A stretch of DNA of 64,000 nt from the NCBI GenBank assembly GCA_963772835.1, contig CAVYYZ010000011.1, forward strand, positions 411,107 to 475,106, given 5' to 3'. The stretch is from an uncultured delta proteobacterium (GTDB lineage: Bacteria; Desulfobacterota; Desulfuromonadia; Geobacterales; Pseudopelobacteraceae). The translations under genes were made by a program, and so were the position numbers. Shown piece by piece: positions 1 to 9,424 of this stretch. The notes below the pieces were generated by a model. The model did no database searches. It was not told the DNA's origin and worked only from the letters and a program-made list of their open reading frames with translations. Every line of letters begins with the position of its first letter. The first letter of the stretch is position 1.

Positions 1-26
1 CCTACAAAACATTCAAAGTACCTGAC

Positions 27-54
27 TTGCTTACATTTGAATGTGAGGTATACT
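27..54 (+). promoter_or_regulatory. Putative sigma70 promoter for the first histidine kinase
   Basis: TTGCTT (27-32), 16 nt, TATACT (49-54), upstream of GGGAG RBS and ATG at 99. Confidence 0.45.
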
Positions 55-98
55 GGTGCGTGTTCTGTCGGATATTCGTACCGGACCGGGAGCTGAAT

Positions 99-3000
99 AT
101 GACACACCATCATACAAAGCGGCAGACAAGCATCAAAACCAGGATTGCCCTGACGACTCTTGTCACCGTATCGATAGTCCTGGTCTCTGTTTCATCTGCA
201 CTCTTTTTCTATTTTCACGGACTGCTGCGTGACAGCATCTTCAAGCAGCAGTTCCTTATGGTTTCTGAAATTGCAGAACAACTTGATGGCCGTATTCAAC
301 TCGCCCGCTATCAACTATCCCTTGCCGCTACAGAAATTACCAGTCAGGTTCTGGCCAACCCCCGGGAAATTGAAAAAATATTTACCGATTTCAGCCCTAT
401 CAATATGATTTTCGATGCGGGGTTTGTTGTCATCGGCACCGATGGACGTGTCATAGCTGAAAGCATGGGCTATGAAGAACTTATCGGGATGGATCTGAAC
501 TATCGGGACTATGTGAAAGAAGCGCTTCTTACCGGCAAACCATCTATTTCCGGGCCATTCCGCTTTAGCCTTCCCCCGCACAACCCCATGATCGCCATGG
601 TAACCCCGGTCCGGGACAATACTGACAAAGTCATCTGTCTGCTGGCAGGGTATCATTCACTCGGCGCCGATCAATTTCTCACCGATCTGTCAACAAAGCA
701 GGTCGGCGATTCATCCTATGTGTATATTCTTCATAACCGCACCATCTTGATGCATCCCGATAAATCGCGGGTTATGGAAGTTATTCCGGAGGGGAGCAAC
801 CGCGGTGTGGACCTGGCGATAAAAGGCGTTGAAGGTTCCCTGGACAATGTCAATTCCAGAGGATTGCACATGCTCAGCTCCTTCAAAAAAATCGGAGAAA
901 CAGACTGGGTTCTTGGCGCCAATACTCCCTATAACGATGCGTTCAGGCCTGTTAACAAGCTTATTATGAATACCATCGTCATTTCAGTATTCGGACTTTT
1001 GTTTGCGCTTTCTGTCCTTTGGTATGTTGCCCGTCGCCTGACACTCCCCATACGTCAGCTTACCGGTCATGTTGATGCTGCCGGTATTGACAGTCAGGTA
1101 TGGCACCCTTTAGATCTCCGTACCGGTGACGAGATTGAACGACTGGCTGATGCCTTTAATAACCTGATGCAGGAGGTGAATGACACAAAAATGCTGCTTA
1201 GGAATGAAAAGGATTTTTTCAGCGACATTATTCAGCATACTGCGGCACCGATGCTCGTCATTGATCACAACCACGAGATACTCTTCTGGAACGCCGCGCT
1301 GTCTGAAATGACCGGTAAAAGTTCATCGGAAATGATCGGCACCAATCTGCAGTGGACTCCATTCTACGCTACCGAGCGCCCCTTGATTGCCGATCTGGTG
1401 ATAGACCAGGATACCGGCAGTGCAGATAAATTTTATTCGAAATATGCCATTTCATCGCTCAAGGAAGGCTCTCTCCGCGCCGAAGGGTGGTACGAAAATA
1501 TCGGCGGCAAGCGCCGCTATATCTTCTTTGAAGCTGCACCGATCAGAGACAGCAACCATGAGATCATCGCGTCCGTAGAGACCCTGGAAGACATTACAGA
1601 ACGCAAGTTATTGGAAGAGTCACTGTCCCGCCTTACCCGTGCCGTCGAGCAGAGTCCGGCTACTATTGCCATCACGAATCTGGACGGAATAATTGATTAT
1701 GTTAATCCAAAGTTCTGCCAGGTAACCGGGTACACCCTCGACGAGGCAATCGGCCAGAATCCACGCATACTTAAGTCCGGTGAAATGTCACCGGAAAATT
1801 ATTCAGAGCTATGGAAGACCATCACCTCAGGAGGGGAGTGGCACGGTGAATTTCATAACAAACGCAAGGACGGTACCCTCTTCTGGGAGTTTGCCTCCAT
1901 TTCACCACTGTTCGATAAAGACGGTACGATCACAGGATACCTTGCCGTCAAAGAGGATATCACCGAACGCAAGGTGATAGAAAAAGAGTTGGCGGAGAGC
2001 CGGCTGGCATTAGAAGCAAATCACGAAAAGCTTGAACATCTTTTTGCCGAAGTGGCCAGCGGCAAGCGCGAGTGGGAGGAAACCCTTGATCACCTGCGTG
2101 ATTTCATCATCCTGACTGATCCTGACCACCGCATACGGCGTTGTAACAAGCTTCTGTCCGATGCTACCGGTATGCATCTCAACGGACTGGCCGGGCTTGA
2201 CTGGAGAAATCTGCTCCGTGATGCTGGTTTTCATTTTTTAAACTTCAATGGTTCAACCGGAGAAATGATCCATCAAAAATCGGGAAGCACCTACGATATT
2301 ACGGTGTATCCGATAGAAGATGCCGCGGAGGTAAAAGGGTATGTGGTTTCGATCAACGACACCACCGAGTTGCAGGCCGCCTCCCGGGAACTTCAAAAAG
2401 CATACCTGGAACTGAAGGAAGCGCAGATGCATATTTTCCAGCAGGAAAAAATGGCTTCCATCGGTCAGTTGGCGGCAGGTGTGGCGCATGAAATAAACAA
2501 TCCGATGGGATTTGTCTCCAGCAACCTGACAACCCTCAATAAATATGTGGAGCGACTTATCGAATATATCGCCGCCGGAGAAATCGCGGTTGAATCATGC
2601 AGCGGCGGCGAACCGGAAAAGCTTAAAAATCTCAGGAAGAGTCTGAAGATAGACTATATCTCCGATGATGCCCGTCTGCTTATTACCGAAAGTCAGGATG
2701 GCGCAGGCAGAGTGCGGCGTATCGTGCAGGATCTGATGAGTTTTTCGCGGGCCGATCAGGTCGAGCCTGTTCTGACCAATCTGAACGAAGCACTGGAAAC
2801 GGCAATCAATTTCGCCGGCAACGAAATAAGGTATATCGCCACTATCAAGCGCGAATTTGGTGACATACCTGAAATTAAATGTTTTTCACAGCAACTGAAT
2901 CAGGTCTTTCTCAATCTGCTGGTAAATGCTGCTCACGCCATGACGGAAAAACAGGATGGCACGTTAACTATTCGCACCCGGGTAGAAGGTGACCATGTCT

Positions 3001-3236
3001 GTGTCTCGATTATTGATACCGGATGCGGCATCCCGGAAAATATCCGCCAAAGGATTTTTGAACCGTTTTTTACCACCAAGGAGGTCGGCAAAGGCACGGG
3101 GCTGGGACTTTCCATCTCGTACGAAATAATCCAGAAACATGGCGGCGATATCAGTGTGGAAAGTGAATTAGGAAAGGGTACAACATTTACGGTGCGGCTG
3201 CCGGTCGATGCAGCGGCACGTAAACAATTACAGTGA
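99..3236 (+). CDS. Membrane sensor histidine kinase (TM-Cache-like-TM-HAMP-3xPAS-HisKA-HATPase)
   Basis: Two TM helices flanking a periplasmic region; HAMP (DEIERLADAFNNL); PAS repeats; H-box AAGVAHEINNP; N/G boxes NLLVNA, DTGCG, FFTTK, GTGLGL. Start moved from TTG 27 to ATG 99 (GGGAG RBS). Confidence 0.93.
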   Translation: MTHHHTKRQTSIKTRIALTTLVTVSIVLVSVSSALFFYFHGLLRDSIFKQQFLMVSEIAEQLDGRIQLARYQLSLAATEITSQVLANPREIEKIFTDFSPINMIFDAGFVVIGTDGRVIAESMGYEELIGMDLNYRDYVKEALLTGKPSISGPFRFSLPPHNPMIAMVTPVRDNTDKVICLLAGYHSLGADQFLTDLSTKQVGDSSYVYILHNRTILMHPDKSRVMEVIPEGSNRGVDLAIKGVEGSLDNVNSRGLHMLSSFKKIGETDWVLGANTPYNDAFRPVNKLIMNTIVISVFGLLFALSVLWYVARRLTLPIRQLTGHVDAAGIDSQVWHPLDLRTGDEIERLADAFNNLMQEVNDTKMLLRNEKDFFSDIIQHTAAPMLVIDHNHEILFWNAALSEMTGKSSSEMIGTNLQWTPFYATERPLIADLVIDQDTGSADKFYSKYAISSLKEGSLRAEGWYENIGGKRRYIFFEAAPIRDSNHEIIASVETLEDITERKLLEESLSRLTRAVEQSPATIAITNLDGIIDYVNPKFCQVTGYTLDEAIGQNPRILKSGEMSPENYSELWKTITSGGEWHGEFHNKRKDGTLFWEFASISPLFDKDGTITGYLAVKEDITERKVIEKELAESRLALEANHEKLEHLFAEVASGKREWEETLDHLRDFIILTDPDHRIRRCNKLLSDATGMHLNGLAGLDWRNLLRDAGFHFLNFNGSTGEMIHQKSGSTYDITVYPIEDAAEVKGYVVSINDTTELQAASRELQKAYLELKEAQMHIFQQEKMASIGQLAAGVAHEINNPMGFVSSNLTTLNKYVERLIEYIAAGEIAVESCSGGEPEKLKNLRKSLKIDYISDDARLLITESQDGAGRVRRIVQDLMSFSRADQVEPVLTNLNEALETAINFAGNEIRYIATIKREFGDIPEIKCFSQQLNQVFLNLLVNAAHAMTEKQDGTLTIRTRVEGDHVCVSIIDTGCGIPENIRQRIFEPFFTTKEVGKGTGLGLSISYEIIQKHGGDISVESELGKGTTFTVRLPVDAAARKQLQ

Positions 3237-3263
3237 AATAAACCTGCCCGGGAGAGATGTGTA

Positions 3264-5657
3264 GTGAATACGGATCAAATATCAGACTGCGTACCGACAC
3301 CCGGGGATCCCGGCGTAATCCAGTGGCATGCACTATTTAATGCCATCAGCCAGCCCGCCATCATCCTCAACCCGGACCACCGGGTTGTCGCTGCCAACAG
3401 TGCCAGCCGGCGCCTGACCGGCATGTTGTCTGCTGACATTATCGGAAAATACTGCTTTGAGGTGTTTCATCACCGCACGAACGGAGCGCCTGATGGCTGC
3501 CCCATGGCTAAAATGCTGCGGAGCGGCGTCATGGAGTCGTTCAATATGGAGATTGAGGCTCTGGACGGGACTTTTCTTGTATCATGCACCCCGATACTGG
3601 CTTCAGACGGCACTCTGGATAAAATAATCCATATTGCGACCGATGTAACCTCACGCAAAGAGACCGAGCTGCAACTGGGTGCCGAATCGTCCTTCAACAG
3701 ATCAATTATTGATAATGCCCCGGAGGGGCTCTGCGTGTGTCATACCGTCCCTGAATTTCCCTATGTCCGGTTTACCGTCTGGAATGATCGCATGGCCGTC
3801 ATAACCGGATATACGAAGGCAGAGATCAATGCCGGCGGATATTATCAGACACTGTACCCCGACCAGGCATTACAGACACGCGCAGTGGAGCGCATGGAGA
3901 GGATGAGAGAAGGGGAACATCTGGCCGGTGAAAATTGGCGGATTACCAACAAGGATGGTGAGGATCGCATTGCGGCCATCTGGACCTCCGCGCTTCGTCC
4001 AGCCGATGGTTCAGAGCATATAATGGCATTTTTTATAGATGTGACCGAAAACAAAAAGCTTGAAAAACTCCACGAACAATCCCGACTTGACCTGCTGGAA
4101 CAGAAGAATTTTACCGACAGCCTGATTCGGGGTTCTGTGTCTGCAATGTTCGTACTGGACAGCAACCATCACGTGCAGGTCTGGAACATGTCCTGTGAAC
4201 ATCTGACCGGCCTCTCTCATGCCGATATGATAGGGAGTAATGACCAGTGGAAGGCGTTCTATGACAAAGAGCAGCCGACTCTGGCAGATGTTATTCTCGA
4301 TGGCGATTTCAGCAGGTTGTCCCGGCAGTACTCGCACGTTTCAAAATCTGACTACGTACCGGATGGGTACAAGGCAGAGGGATGGTTCACACAGGTACAT
4401 GGCAAAGATCGCTTTTTACTGATCGAAGCCTCACCCGTATACGATCGCCAGGGGAATATGACTCACGTTATTGAAACGATCAATGACCTGACAGAGAGCA
4501 AGATGCTTGAAGAGCAGCTGCTGCATGCCCAGAAAATGGAATCCATTGGACTTCTGGCAGGTGGAATAGCGCACGAATTCAACAATTTACTTGCGGTGAT
4601 CCTCGGGTATGGTCAGGTCATGCGCAAGGGGTGTGAACCTGAATCAACAGCCATGAATGACCTTGATCAGATACTGACGGCGGCCGAACGTGCCGCTGTT
4701 CTCACCAAGGGTCTCCTCGCCTTCAGCCGCAAACAGCATGTCTCACTGAAAAATCTGGATGTGACAAATGTTGTGCACAATACACTGAAAAGTTTCAGCC
4801 GCATAATGGGTGATGACATATACATCACGGAACAGCGAACCGATGACCCTCTCATGATTTATGCCGACCAGGCACTGGTGACCCAGGTTGTTATGAATAT
4901 GATGGCCAATGCCCGTGATGCCATGCCGAACGGCGGTGAGTTCAACATAAGCACCAAACGTTCGATCTTCACCGAACCGTATTCATCTCCATTCTGCACT
5001 ATTCCTTCCGGCGCATATGCTCAAATCTCGATATCAGACAGCGGGTGTGGAATGAATGTGGATACCATAGCACGAATATTCGAGCCATTCTTTACCACCA
5101 AGGATATCGGCAAGGGGACCGGACTCGGCCTGTCGGTCGTGTACGGAATTGTTTCACAGCACAACGGCTACATATGTGTCTCTTCGGAACCGGGGCAGGG
5201 TGCAACCTTTGAGTTGTATATACCGTTGATAGAGCAGCAGGTTTCAAATTGTACTGGTACGGATTCACATCTATCCATTCGGGGAGGCAGTGAAACGATC
5301 CTGCTTGCCGATGATGAACCGTCTCTGCTGGAGCTGTTCAAAGATGTCCTCTCGGAGATCGGCTATCATGTCATTACGGCTACAGACGGCGCCGATGCGG
5401 TCGAAAAATTCACCGCCAACCGCGATGACATCACGTTATTGATCCTTGATGTCCAGATGCGCAAGAAGAGCGGTTTGCAGGCTTACCGGGAGATCAGGCT
5501 CATTAAACCGGAATGCAGAGTACTTTTTGTCAGTGGGTTCAATGTGGAGCAGTTTCATGGCGACATGGCGCTGGAGGAAGGTTCGGAAATGTTGACAAAA
5601 CCGTTTCTTCCGGCAGTCCTGGCCGATAAAGTCAGAAAAATGCTTGATGCACCGTGA
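3264..5657 (+). CDS. Soluble hybrid histidine kinase (3xPAS-HisKA-HATPase-REC)
   Basis: PAS repeats; [13 protein letters not shown]-box; FFTTK/GTGLGL; C-terminal receiver (LLADDE...LILDVQM...TKPF). Confidence 0.93.
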   Translation: MNTDQISDCVPTPGDPGVIQWHALFNAISQPAIILNPDHRVVAANSASRRLTGMLSADIIGKYCFEVFHHRTNGAPDGCPMAKMLRSGVMESFNMEIEALDGTFLVSCTPILASDGTLDKIIHIATDVTSRKETELQLGAESSFNRSIIDNAPEGLCVCHTVPEFPYVRFTVWNDRMAVITGYTKAEINAGGYYQTLYPDQALQTRAVERMERMREGEHLAGENWRITNKDGEDRIAAIWTSALRPADGSEHIMAFFIDVTENKKLEKLHEQSRLDLLEQKNFTDSLIRGSVSAMFVLDSNHHVQVWNMSCEHLTGLSHADMIGSNDQWKAFYDKEQPTLADVILDGDFSRLSRQYSHVSKSDYVPDGYKAEGWFTQVHGKDRFLLIEASPVYDRQGNMTHVIETINDLTESKMLEEQLLHAQKMESIGLLAGGIAHEFNNLLAVILGYGQVMRKGCEPESTAMNDLDQILTAAERAAVLTKGLLAFSRKQHVSLKNLDVTNVVHNTLKSFSRIMGDDIYITEQRTDDPLMIYADQALVTQVVMNMMANARDAMPNGGEFNISTKRSIFTEPYSSPFCTIPSGAYAQISISDSGCGMNVDTIARIFEPFFTTKDIGKGTGLGLSVVYGIVSQHNGYICVSSEPGQGATFELYIPLIEQQVSNCTGTDSHLSIRGGSETILLADDEPSLLELFKDVLSEIGYHVITATDGADAVEKFTANRDDITLLILDVQMRKKSGLQAYREIRLIKPECRVLFVSGFNVEQFHGDMALEEGSEMLTKPFLPAVLADKVRKMLDAP

Positions 5658-5679
5658 TGCTGTTGATCGGAGGCAGAAG

Positions 5680-5772
5680 ATGATTGAAAAATATATTTCG
5701 GAGCATTCCGAAGCTGAATTCAGCCACGGCATTTGCCCGACATGTTTTGAAAATAAATTTGGAGAACTGTAA
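5680..5772 (+). CDS. 30-aa micro-ORF MIEKYISEHSEAEFSHGICPTCFENKFGEL (half of a Cys-rich C-terminal module of signalling proteins); may be a remnant
   Basis: Hand translation; GGAGG at 5669-5673, ATG 5680, TAA 5770-5772; alternative in-frame ATG at 5647. Confidence 0.6.
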   Translation: MIEKYISEHSEAEFSHGICPTCFENKFGEL

Positions 5773-5792
5773 AACCGGACAGGGGGCATATT

Positions 5793-6269
5793 ATGGGAAA
5801 GTTAAGTATCGGTGACACGCACATCCTCGACATCTGCTGCCAAATAGAAGAGTCGTGTTCAAAACTATACCGGTATTTCTCCGAACTCTACGCGGAGAAC
5901 CCCCAGGTCAGCGCACTGTGGGAAAAGACGTCACAGGAGGAGGATAGTCACGCCGCCCAGTTCCGCCTGGCCTATAATCTCCAGGGCGCCGGCATTCAAT
6001 CGCTGAAGACCGATCTGAAAAGGGCAACAGCTCTCCTCGCCAAAATTCATGCCGTGTATGAAGGTGTACAAAAAACTCCGCCGCCTCTTACCGATGCGCT
6101 GCGGTTTGCCGTCAGACTGGAACACTTCATGGCCGACTATCATATGAACGCACTGGCAACCTATACCGATGAAAGCCTTGCGCGCCTGTTCACCTCGATG
6201 ATGAATAACGATTATGAACATATAGGCGTTCTGGAGAAGGCGTCCGAAGGAACGTATCAGAGTAAGTGA
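5793..6269 (+). CDS. Ferritin/rubrerythrin-like four-helix-bundle protein
   Basis: Twice-repeated E...ExxH-like pattern: IEESCSKLY...EEDSH and RLEHF...NDYEH. Confidence 0.75.
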   Translation: MGKLSIGDTHILDICCQIEESCSKLYRYFSELYAENPQVSALWEKTSQEEDSHAAQFRLAYNLQGAGIQSLKTDLKRATALLAKIHAVYEGVQKTPPPLTDALRFAVRLEHFMADYHMNALATYTDESLARLFTSMMNNDYEHIGVLEKASEGTYQSK

Positions 6270-6325
6270 TGTCATGGCGTAAAGATCGATTGAAACATTC
6301 CGGCTGTCGGCACAAAGGAGTGGTC

Positions 6326-7339
6326 ATGCGGAATTCATGGAACGCGGTAATCAGGATAGTGGCGGTAACTGCCATCAGCCTGGCTTTGTGTTGTCAGGGA
6401 TGTACAAAACAGGAAAAAACGGCCTATACCGGTCCGCCGGTGAAGATGACCATCGGCATCGCCAAGGGTGAAAGTGCCACGATTGTTATTGTTGCCGACC
6501 AGCAGGGCTATTTCAAACAGATGGGTCTGGAGGTTGGTCTTCAGGTCTTTGACAGCGGCGTGGCCGCGGTGGCGGCACTTAACGAGGGGAAAATCGATAT
6601 AGCCGCACCGGCTGATTTTGTCTTTACTTCCAATATCCACACCCATCCGGACCTCCGCATAATCGCGGCAATAAATAAAATTAACAGTATCAAGCTGATC
6701 GCCCGTGAGGATAAAGGCATCTCAAACCCTGCCGATTTGAAGGGTAAACGGATCGGGGTGACACGTACGAGCATCGCTGAATATGTCCTGGGGAAGTTCC
6801 TGAACAGAAACCGCTTGAAGATGGATGAAATAACCATGGTCGATATGTCTCCGTCGGTGATGGAGAAAGAGATGGCTGCAGGAACCATAGATGCGGCAAT
6901 AGTCTGGAATCCGATTGCACAGAGTATCAAACAGGATCTCGGCGCTGCTGCCATCACGTGGCCTGCACAGTCCGAAATACCGTGGCATCTGGTACTGGTT
7001 GCCCGTGACGGCTTCATCAGGAAAGAGCCGGCCGCACTGGTACGACTGATGAAGGCTCTGATCATGGCCGAAAAATCTGTTGCCGCGGACCCGGCCCCGG
7101 TACAGCAGGAACTCGCTCAACGTTTCGGGATGGCCTCGAAGTACTTTGCAGAGATCTGGGAGGACAATCAGTTCAAGGTGTTCCTCGACCGCAGTCTGCT
7201 GCTGACTCTGGAGGATGAATCCCTCTGGCTCCACAGCTCACAGAAGATTTCGGAAAAAATGCAGCATAACTTTCTGAACTATCTGTATCTTGATGCACTC
7301 AAGACTACCCGCCCGGAATCGGTAACCATTATTAACTGA
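6326..7339 (+). CDS. NrtA/SsuA/NMT1-family substrate-binding lipoprotein
   Basis: Hydrophobic leader ending CQGC; QQGYFKQMGLEV, ALNEGKIDIA, DLKGKRIGV, GTIDAAIVWNP motifs; AAGGAG RBS before ATG 6326. Confidence 0.85.
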   Translation: MRNSWNAVIRIVAVTAISLALCCQGCTKQEKTAYTGPPVKMTIGIAKGESATIVIVADQQGYFKQMGLEVGLQVFDSGVAAVAALNEGKIDIAAPADFVFTSNIHTHPDLRIIAAINKINSIKLIAREDKGISNPADLKGKRIGVTRTSIAEYVLGKFLNRNRLKMDEITMVDMSPSVMEKEMAAGTIDAAIVWNPIAQSIKQDLGAAAITWPAQSEIPWHLVLVARDGFIRKEPAALVRLMKALIMAEKSVAADPAPVQQELAQRFGMASKYFAEIWEDNQFKVFLDRSLLLTLEDESLWLHSSQKISEKMQHNFLNYLYLDALKTTRPESVTIIN

Positions 7340-7352
7340 CAAGGCGGAAATC

Positions 7353-8942
7353 ATGACTATCAAAACACAACAACGGGTCCTCCTTGCAGTTATCGGCATC
7401 ATTTTCACCGTGATGGTCGGCATTGCCGCCAGATCAAACTGGGTTACCGGTCAATATAGGGACAGAGGTCTGCTGCTGACAGAAGTAATCAAGGAGGTGT
7501 TCGAATTCAATATCGCCGCCGGCGACTATCTGCTGAGACACAATGATCGGGCTCTGGAACAGATGGAGCGTCGCATTCATACCCTCGCAAAGCCGCTGGA
7601 ACGGATTCGCTTTGTCCGCGAAGGACGGGTGGCGGTACTGGTTGACATGCAGCGGGAACTGGCGCTCGCCGGGAAGAAGTTTGACCGGCTCAAAGAGCTT
7701 CACACGGCCTTCCACGCACAATTCCGGTCTGAAATAAATGAAGATATTGATGCCTTCAGTTATCAGGAAATTCAGGATCTTTCCGCCAGCCTCTCAATAA
7801 GTGCGGTGAAACTGGTGACCTCCGCCCAGTATCTGCTGAAATTATCGGCGGAAACGGAGGTTGCAGATATCGGTTTTTATGAGCGCCTTTTGATGGGCGG
7901 CATGATTGTTTCCTTTGCTCTTCTTACTCTGGCGGCCTTCCTTTTTTCCCGAAGATTTGTTCTCTCGATCGGGGCACTTACGGAAGGGGCCGCCAGGATA
8001 GCCGCCGGCGATATGACAACCCGGCTTGAGCTGACCGGCAACGATGAACTGACAGACCTGACCCGCTCTCTCAATGAGATGACGCAGAAACTGCAGGGTT
8101 CCTATGAAGCGCTGGAAGATGAAATTGAAGAGCGCACGCGGACCGAGGAGTCTTTGCTTGAATCCGAACAGCAGCTTCGAGTGAAAGAGGAAAAAGTGCG
8201 CACACTGAACCTGCAGCTGGAGAGCCGCTTGCTCAAGCTGCAGGAGGCAAACAGGGAGATGGAGTCCTTCACTTACTCCGTCTCGCATGACCTGCGGGCA
8301 CCATTGCGCCACCTGACAGGTTTTGTGGAGATGTTGAATGAACGGGACACCAGCGGTCTGGATGAAAAGAGCAGGCACTATCTCGATGTCATCTCATCTT
8401 CCGCCATGAAAATGGGCTGCCTGATAGACGACCTGCTGTCGTTTTCACGCATGGGGCGCGGCGAAATGATGGAAACCAGTGTCGATATGAAACTTCTTAC
8501 CCGTGAGGTCGTCGACGAAATTTCAGAAAATCTTCCCCAGGGGAGGGTGATTACATGGCACATCGGTGAATTGCCGGTCGTAACCGGAGACAGGGCCATG
8601 CTGCGGCTTGTACTGGTCAACCTGATTTCAAATGCCGTTAAATTCTCCGGCAAAGTAGAAACTCCGCTCATCGAGGTGGACGTGCTGCCGACGGAGGATG
8701 CCGGTTATACCCTGTTTGTCAGGGATAACGGTGCCGGATTCAATATGAAATATGCAGACAAGCTGTTCGGATTGTTCCAGCGGCTGCATTCGACTGCTGA
8801 GTACGAAGGAACCGGGGTAGGACTTGCCAACGTCCACCGCATTATCGCCCGGCATAACGGCAGAACCTGGGCCGAAGGGGAGCTGGGCAAAGGTGCGACG
8901 TTCTATTTCACACTTCCGAATGAAAAGGAGACACAGCCATGA
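7353..8942 (+). CDS. Membrane sensor histidine kinase (TM-periplasmic helical-TM-HAMP-Cph1-type kinase)
   Basis: Two TMs; HAMP; SYSVSHDLRAPLRH H-box; NLISNAVKF, DNGAGF, FQRLH, GTGVGLA. Confidence 0.92.
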   Translation: MTIKTQQRVLLAVIGIIFTVMVGIAARSNWVTGQYRDRGLLLTEVIKEVFEFNIAAGDYLLRHNDRALEQMERRIHTLAKPLERIRFVREGRVAVLVDMQRELALAGKKFDRLKELHTAFHAQFRSEINEDIDAFSYQEIQDLSASLSISAVKLVTSAQYLLKLSAETEVADIGFYERLLMGGMIVSFALLTLAAFLFSRRFVLSIGALTEGAARIAAGDMTTRLELTGNDELTDLTRSLNEMTQKLQGSYEALEDEIEERTRTEESLLESEQQLRVKEEKVRTLNLQLESRLLKLQEANREMESFTYSVSHDLRAPLRHLTGFVEMLNERDTSGLDEKSRHYLDVISSSAMKMGCLIDDLLSFSRMGRGEMMETSVDMKLLTREVVDEISENLPQGRVITWHIGELPVVTGDRAMLRLVLVNLISNAVKFSGKVETPLIEVDVLPTEDAGYTLFVRDNGAGFNMKYADKLFGLFQRLHSTAEYEGTGVGLANVHRIIARHNGRTWAEGELGKGATFYFTLPNEKETQP

Positions 8943-9385
8943 CGGTACATATCAGAAAAATTCTGCTTGTTGAGGACAATCCCAATGATGCCGAAATGAC
9001 GCTGGAAGCACTGGGCAAGAAAAATCTTGCCAATGAAGTGATCTGGCTGAAAGACGGGCAGGAAGCCATTGATTTCCTGTACTGCAGAGATTCCTGGGAG
9101 GGACGTGAGAGCATCAATCCCGCTCTGATCCTGCTGGATATCAAGATGCCGCGGATTGACGGTCTTCAGGTGCTGAAGCTGATCAAGGGGGATCCGAAAC
9201 TTCGATCCATACCGGTTGTCATCCTGACGTCATCACGTGAGGAGAGTGACCTTATTGAAGGGTACGATCAGGGGGCCAATGCCTTCGTGGTCAAACCGGT
9301 CAATTTTGCCGATTTCATGCAGTCTGTAGCGTCACTCGGTGTGTTCTGGGCGGTACTGAACGAAGCACCGCCGATCACTGTTTAA
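8939..9385 (+). CDS. Rcp1-type single-domain response regulator
   Basis: LLVEDNPND, LLDIKMP, ILTSS, VVKPV, FW motif; ATGA overlap with upstream kinase. Confidence 0.92.
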   Translation: MTVHIRKILLVEDNPNDAEMTLEALGKKNLANEVIWLKDGQEAIDFLYCRDSWEGRESINPALILLDIKMPRIDGLQVLKLIKGDPKLRSIPVVILTSSREESDLIEGYDQGANAFVVKPVNFADFMQSVASLGVFWAVLNEAPPITV

Positions 9386-9424
9386 TGACGGGGCGCCGAC
9401 CCCGAACATGCATGAGGAGGTAGT

